Part shown: positions 59,883 through 64,000 of the stretch, piece after piece | Layout: the number at the start of each line of letters is the position of its first letter | Numbering within the stretch: the stretch's first letter is position 1 | Source of the DNA: Chitinophagales bacterium | GTDB taxonomy: Bacteria > Bacteroidota > Bacteroidia > Chitinophagales > JAUHXS01 | Reading direction: 5' to 3' | Length of the DNA: 64,000 bases | NCBI GenBank assembly: GCA_965213575.1 | Contig: CBDBZN010000019.1 | Location: forward strand, 9,534 to 73,533 | The notes under the pieces: model-generated | What the model was told of the DNA's origin: nothing | The model's database searches: none | What the model saw: the letters and a program-made list of their open reading frames with translations, nothing else | Translations under genes and position numbers: made by a program

Positions 59883-60636
59883 GCTCAATAGCAACGAAAT
59901 TAAGCATATAAAATCACTTCATCTAAAAAAGAACCGGACTAAATATCAAGAGTTTATAGCAGAAGGGCATAAAAACGTATTAGAATTATTAAATTCTGAT
60001 CTGCAAATTAAAGCAATATTAGCTACCGCAAAATGGTGTAAGGAGAATGAAAAGCTTGCTCAAAAATATACTTTAATTATTAAAATTATTTCTGATAAAG
60101 ATTTAATAAGAATCTCTACTCATCAAACGCCAAATCAAGTTTTAGCCATAGTCAAAATACCGGATGAGGATGTAAAAAATATAAATCCCTCTAGAGATCT
60201 AATCCTCTTGTTAGATAATATTCAAGACCCGGGAAATATGGGTACTATCATTAGGACTGCTGATTGGTTTGGAATTACGCACATTGTATGTTCTTTAAAC
60301 TGTGTAGACATCTACAACCCAAAAGTCATTAATGCAACTATGGGATCTATTGGAAGAGTTAACATTATTTTCAAGGATTTAATAGCTTTAATAAATGCTT
60401 TTTCTAAAATTCAGATATTTGGAGCTGTATTAGATGGAGACAATGTTTTTGATATCTCCAACCCTGCTAATGGCTTTATTATCATTGGGAACGAATCAAA
60501 TGGCATACACCCGGATTTACGAAAAAAGCTTACTCATCCTATTACAATTCCTAATTTTAACACCTCTGCAGAATCATTAAATGCAGCTATTGCAACAGGA
60601 ATTATTTGTGCAGCGTTTAGGTGCACAAAGAAGTAG
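59881..60636 (+). CDS. TrmH/SpoU family RNA methyltransferase (RlmB-like, with N-terminal substrate-binding domain)
   Basis: N..IKHIKSLHLKKNR start, LDNIQDPGNMGTIIRTADWFG, IIGNESNGI, and a C-terminal ESLNAAIATGI motif. Confidence 0.75.
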   Translation: MLNSNEIKHIKSLHLKKNRTKYQEFIAEGHKNVLELLNSDLQIKAILATAKWCKENEKLAQKYTLIIKIISDKDLIRISTHQTPNQVLAIVKIPDEDVKNINPSRDLILLLDNIQDPGNMGTIIRTADWFGITHIVCSLNCVDIYNPKVINATMGSIGRVNIIFKDLIALINAFSKIQIFGAVLDGDNVFDISNPANGFIIIGNESNGIHPDLRKKLTHPITIPNFNTSAESLNAAIATGIICAAFRCTKK

Positions 60637-60742
60637 CTTTATTTTAGTGATTCAATTGACCCGTAGCAACTTTAATTATTAAATTTCTTTTAAACTGCTT
60701 AAATTGCAATCCAATTTTAAAATCTTGAAAATTAATTAGTAA

Positions 60743-62131
60743 ATGAACTACGATGTTATTGTATTAGGAAGTGGGCCGGGTGGATATGTAACAGCTATAA
60801 GGGCTTCTCAGCTAGGTTTAAAAACCGCTATAGTGGAGAAGGAATCATTAGGCGGAGTTTGTTTAAATTGGGGGTGTATTCCTACAAAAGCATTATTAAA
60901 AAGTGCACAAGTTTTTGAATATATTAATCATGCTAGCGATTATGGCATTGAAGTAAAAGAAGCAAAAGCAGATTTCTCCAAAGTAGTTAAAAGAAGTAGA
61001 GATGTAGCTAATGGTATGAGCAAGGGCGTACAATTTTTAATGAAAAAAAATAAAATTGATGTCATCATGGGAACCGGTAAGCTCAAAGCCGGCAAAAAAT
61101 TAGAAGTAACCGACGAAAAAGGCAAAAAAACAGACTACACAGCTAAAAGCATCATCATCGCAACCGGTGCACGATCTAAAGAACTGCCAAACCTAAAACA
61201 AGATGGTAAAAAAATTATAGGGTATCGTGAAGCAATGACATTAGACAAACAACCTTCCAGCATGGTAGTTGTGGGTGCCGGCGCCATAGGTGTAGAGTTT
61301 GCCTACTTCTATAATACTTTAGGTGTAGAAGTAACCGTCGTAGAATTTCTGCCTAACCTTGTGCCGGTAGAAGATGAAGAAGTATCAAAAGATTTAAATA
61401 AGGCTTTCAAAAAAGCAGGTATTAATGTGATGACCGGTGCTTCTGTAGAATCGGTAGATACAAATGGAAAGAAATGTAAGGTTAAGATTAAAACATCTAA
61501 AGGGGAAGAAAATATAGAAGCTGATATTGTTTTATCTGCGGTAGGAGTTACAGCAAATATTGAAAACATAGGGTTAGAAAGCTTAGGTATCAAAACCGAA
61601 CGAGGAAAGATAGCAGTAGACGATTATTACAAAACTAATGTAGAAGGCATTTATGCTATTGGTGATGTAGTTCATGGGCCGGCATTAGCGCATGTAGCAT
61701 CAGCTGAAGGTATTATCTGTGTGGAAAAAATTGCAGGCGAAAATCCTGAGCCTTTAAATTATACTAATTTACCGGGATGCACGTATTGCCAACCTGAAAT
61801 TGCTTCTGTCGGCTACACCGAGAAAGCTGCAAAAGAGGCAGGGTATGAATTAAAAGTTGGTAAATTTCCTTTTAGCGCTTCCGGCAAAGCCAGCGCAGCA
61901 GGGAACAAAGAAGGCTTTATTAAAGTAATTTTCGATGCAAAATATGGGGAGTTTTTAGGCGCTCATATGATCGGAGCAAACGTAACAGAAATGATCGCAG
62001 AAGTAGTTGTTGCACGAAAGTTAGAAACAACAGGACATGAGATCATTAAGTCGGTTCACCCCCATCCTACCATGTCTGAAGCTATTATGGAAGCTGCAGC
62101 GGCGGCTTATGGAGAAGTGATCCATCTGTAA
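60743..62131 (+). CDS. lpdA: dihydrolipoyl dehydrogenase
   Basis: VIVLGSGPGGY, redox-active GGVCLNWGCIPTK, a second GAGAIGVEFA fold, and the C-terminal HPHPTMSE interface motif. 462 aa. Confidence 0.95.
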   Translation: MNYDVIVLGSGPGGYVTAIRASQLGLKTAIVEKESLGGVCLNWGCIPTKALLKSAQVFEYINHASDYGIEVKEAKADFSKVVKRSRDVANGMSKGVQFLMKKNKIDVIMGTGKLKAGKKLEVTDEKGKKTDYTAKSIIIATGARSKELPNLKQDGKKIIGYREAMTLDKQPSSMVVVGAGAIGVEFAYFYNTLGVEVTVVEFLPNLVPVEDEEVSKDLNKAFKKAGINVMTGASVESVDTNGKKCKVKIKTSKGEENIEADIVLSAVGVTANIENIGLESLGIKTERGKIAVDDYYKTNVEGIYAIGDVVHGPALAHVASAEGIICVEKIAGENPEPLNYTNLPGCTYCQPEIASVGYTEKAAKEAGYELKVGKFPFSASGKASAAGNKEGFIKVIFDAKYGEFLGAHMIGANVTEMIAEVVVARKLETTGHEIIKSVHPHPTMSEAIMEAAAAAYGEVIHL

Positions 62132-62207
62132 TTTTGAATTGAAATGCCAGTGAGCGGGTGATTGTTGTCTGTTTTCTCTTACAAGAATAACTTAGGCAGA
62201 TTCATAA

Positions 62208-62563
62208 GTGCCAAAACTATTGGCTTGATTGGCATTGAAGAAAATTTGGCAGTAAAAATTACCTCGATTTTGATATAATTTCTTAAAAATCGAGGTAATT
62301 TTTAGCAATATTTTATTTGCTTTTTTCTTGAAGAAAAAGTAAGCAAAAATTCAAGGCTTATTTTTCTTGCAAACAATCTCAGAAATGCCTCCCGCAACAG
62401 CAGAAACTATCCCTATAAATCGGAATTCGAATCCGCCAACTGGCGGATTGTTTTTTATGCTTCGCAATTTCGAGATTGTAGTTGCTTGGAAAAAAGGCCG
62501 TTTCCCCACCCAGAGATTTAGAATTTTAAAAACTGTCTACTTGCGAATGTGCCAACTTAATTA
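62208..62563 (+). repeat. intergenic mosaic repeat, copy B (most complete)
   Basis: Bounded by two gtgcc(a)aac(t) junction motifs 341 nt apart (62208 and 62549). Contains an 18-bp perfect hairpin (62254-62303), the conserved core and a terminator-like hairpin (62430-62456). Confidence 0.85.
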
Positions 62564-62605
62564 CTAAAAAAATGTATTCATCTGCTCACTATTTGAAGAA
62601 CTTCG

Positions 62606-63895
62606 CTAAACTTTCAGTAATTCTAAGCTAGCTTTAATCACACGATAAACGGCAGCAAGCTCCTTTTCAGTAATGCAATAAGGCGGAAGTATATAAACTA
62701 AATTACCTAAAGGCCTTAGTAAAACTCCTTCTGATATATAAAAATTATATAATTTTTCTTTAATAGAATTAAAATAGCCGCTATTCTGATTGGTTACAAA
62801 CTCGATGGCAAGAATTGTACCTTTATATCTTATGTTTTTAATTAAATTATTATGCTTTATTTCTTCAGCAAATTGAGCATGAAGTAAACTGATGTTATCA
62901 ATTTTTTCTAAGGTGTTTTCTTTATCAAAAACTTCTAAACTGGCATTTGCTGCCGTGCAAGCGATGGGATTCGCTGTATAAGAGTGTCCGTGAAAGAATG
63001 TTTTCTTACTTCCCTGCGGATGATTTTCATCTAAAAATGCATTATATATTTGTAGCGTACAAGTAGTGACGCCTAATGCCATAAACCCACCCGTGATACC
63101 TTTCGATAAACAAAATATATCAGGTTGCTCTCGTAAATAATCACTTGCGAAAAATTTCCCGGTTCTTCCAAAACCTGTCATCACTTCATCAGCAATAGCG
63201 AGCACTTCATGTTTTTTACAAATATATAATAATTGGTCTAAAGCCTCCGGCTCGTACATCAACATGCCGGCTGTCCCTTGCACTAAAGGCTCAAAAAGAA
63301 AAGCAGCAACATCTTTTTGTTTTAAAGCTTTTTCTAAAGCTTCCTGAGCCAATCGTTCTTTCCCTTTTATAGGCACGGGTATAAATATTACCTCAAACAG
63401 CATATCGTTAAAAGGCTTAGTAAAAGTACTTCTGCCACTTACCGACATGGCACCAAAAGTATCCCCATGATAAGCATTTTCAAAAGCTATAATCTTTTTT
63501 TTCTTTTCGCCTTTATTATACCAATATTGAGCAGCCATTTTTATAGCTACTTCCACCGCTGTAGAGCCATTGTCAGAAAAGAAAACTTTAGATTGATTGA
63601 TTGGAAGCTTTCGCAATAATTTTTCTGCTAATTGAACGGCAGGAGCATGCGTAAATCCGGCAAAAATTGAATGTTCTAAAGTAAGTGCTTGTTTTGCTAT
63701 TTTATCAGCAATATATGGATGACTATGTCCGTGAACATTCACCCACCAGGATGAAATAGCATCAATATATGCTTTCCCATTATCATCATACAACATAGTA
63801 CCCTTTCCTTTCACAATAGTTATTGGTAAATCGGGCTGAGCCATCTGTGTATAAGGATGCCAGATGTATTTTCTATCTTTTTGACTATTGGTCAT
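62606..63895 (-). CDS. bioA: adenosylmethionine-8-amino-7-oxononanoate aminotransferase
   Basis: IWHPYTQM start, SSWWVNVHGH, FSDNGSTAVE, ADEVMTGFGRTG and LSKGITGG (PLP lysine). 429 aa. Confidence 0.9.
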   Translation of the reverse strand: MTNSQKDRKYIWHPYTQMAQPDLPITIVKGKGTMLYDDNGKAYIDAISSWWVNVHGHSHPYIADKIAKQALTLEHSIFAGFTHAPAVQLAEKLLRKLPINQSKVFFSDNGSTAVEVAIKMAAQYWYNKGEKKKKIIAFENAYHGDTFGAMSVSGRSTFTKPFNDMLFEVIFIPVPIKGKERLAQEALEKALKQKDVAAFLFEPLVQGTAGMLMYEPEALDQLLYICKKHEVLAIADEVMTGFGRTGKFFASDYLREQPDIFCLSKGITGGFMALGVTTCTLQIYNAFLDENHPQGSKKTFFHGHSYTANPIACTAANASLEVFDKENTLEKIDNISLLHAQFAEEIKHNNLIKNIRYKGTILAIEFVTNQNSGYFNSIKEKLYNFYISEGVLLRPLGNLVYILPPYCITEKELAAVYRVIKASLELLKV

Positions 63896-63896
63896 G

Positions 63897-64000
63897 CTAT
63901 GAGATTTTTAATATAGGCTTAAGTTGATCAGCATAATTCATGATAAATTCTTTCTCAATTTTTTGTTGATGCGAGACACGCCCTAGTAGCTCAAGTCCGG
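63897..64000 (-). CDS. bioD: C-terminal end of an upstream gene, possibly dethiobiotin synthase
   Basis: Minus-strand frame ...GLELLGRVSHQQKIEKEFIMNYADQLKPILKIS* ends at TAG 63897-63899, 1 nt before the bioA ATG. The bioD guess rests on synteny and the LLG(R/x)(V/I)P-like motif only. Confidence 0.3.
   Translation of the reverse strand, partial: GLELLGRVSHQQKIEKEFIMNYADQLKPILKIS

Noticed and set aside
62421-62449. tRNA T-arm-like sequence cggaattcgaatccg followed by a GC stem, possibly a tRNA fragment or integration scar
   Set aside because: No acceptor stem, D-arm or anticodon arm can be drawn around it. Copy A lacks the motif. No integrase is nearby.
62367-62567. 66-aa ORF inside repeat copy B
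   Set aside because: The corresponding frame in copy A (from 10506) hits a stop after about 37 codons. The two copies also differ by indels that are not multiples of three, and the substitution pattern is not codon-like.
1-64000. Search for CRISPR arrays, rRNA/tRNA genes, IS elements, integrases, prophage or defence-island signatures
   Set aside because: No regularly spaced direct repeats were found, no cloverleaf-capable segments in intergenic DNA, and no transposase, integrase or phage-like ORFs. Gene content is housekeeping throughout.

Overview
AT-rich chromosomal segment that looks like core genome of a Bacteroidota bacterium. Supporting this: type III glutamine synthetase, several T9SS type-B (CHU_C / gliding-motility) C-terminal sorting domains, TAnnTTTG -7 promoter boxes, LptD/OstA/MlaD/Omp85 envelope genes and many SxC lipoprotein signals. 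About 55 protein genes are present and most are housekeeping: miaA, purL, glnN, dapD, thyA, tdh, mazG, mltG, nadC, gpmI, trxB, dapB, mutS, rdgB, ilvE, lptD, lpdA, bioA. I found no rRNA or tRNA genes, CRISPR array, integrase, transposase or phage genes, so this is not an obvious accessory island. Four things are not explained by ordinary annotation. (1) A mosaic intergenic repeat of about 340 nt occurs three times, each time between convergent gene ends, and has a conserved long-range helix and one compensatory base-pair change. This suggests a structured RNA or MITE-like element. (2) There are at least seven clear reading-frame breaks in five genes, plus one possible break in a sixth. Several sit in A8/T10/A9 homopolymers and most affected genes encode envelope proteins. 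The causes could be assembly error, gene decay, phase variation or slippage rescue. (3) A SiaABC-like partner-switching operon carries a huge periplasmic propeller sensor but has no output gene. (4) A T9SS protein consists of little more than a signal peptide and a sorting domain, next to a paralogous frameshifted cargo gene. All functional calls come from motif recognition by eye. No database search was run.
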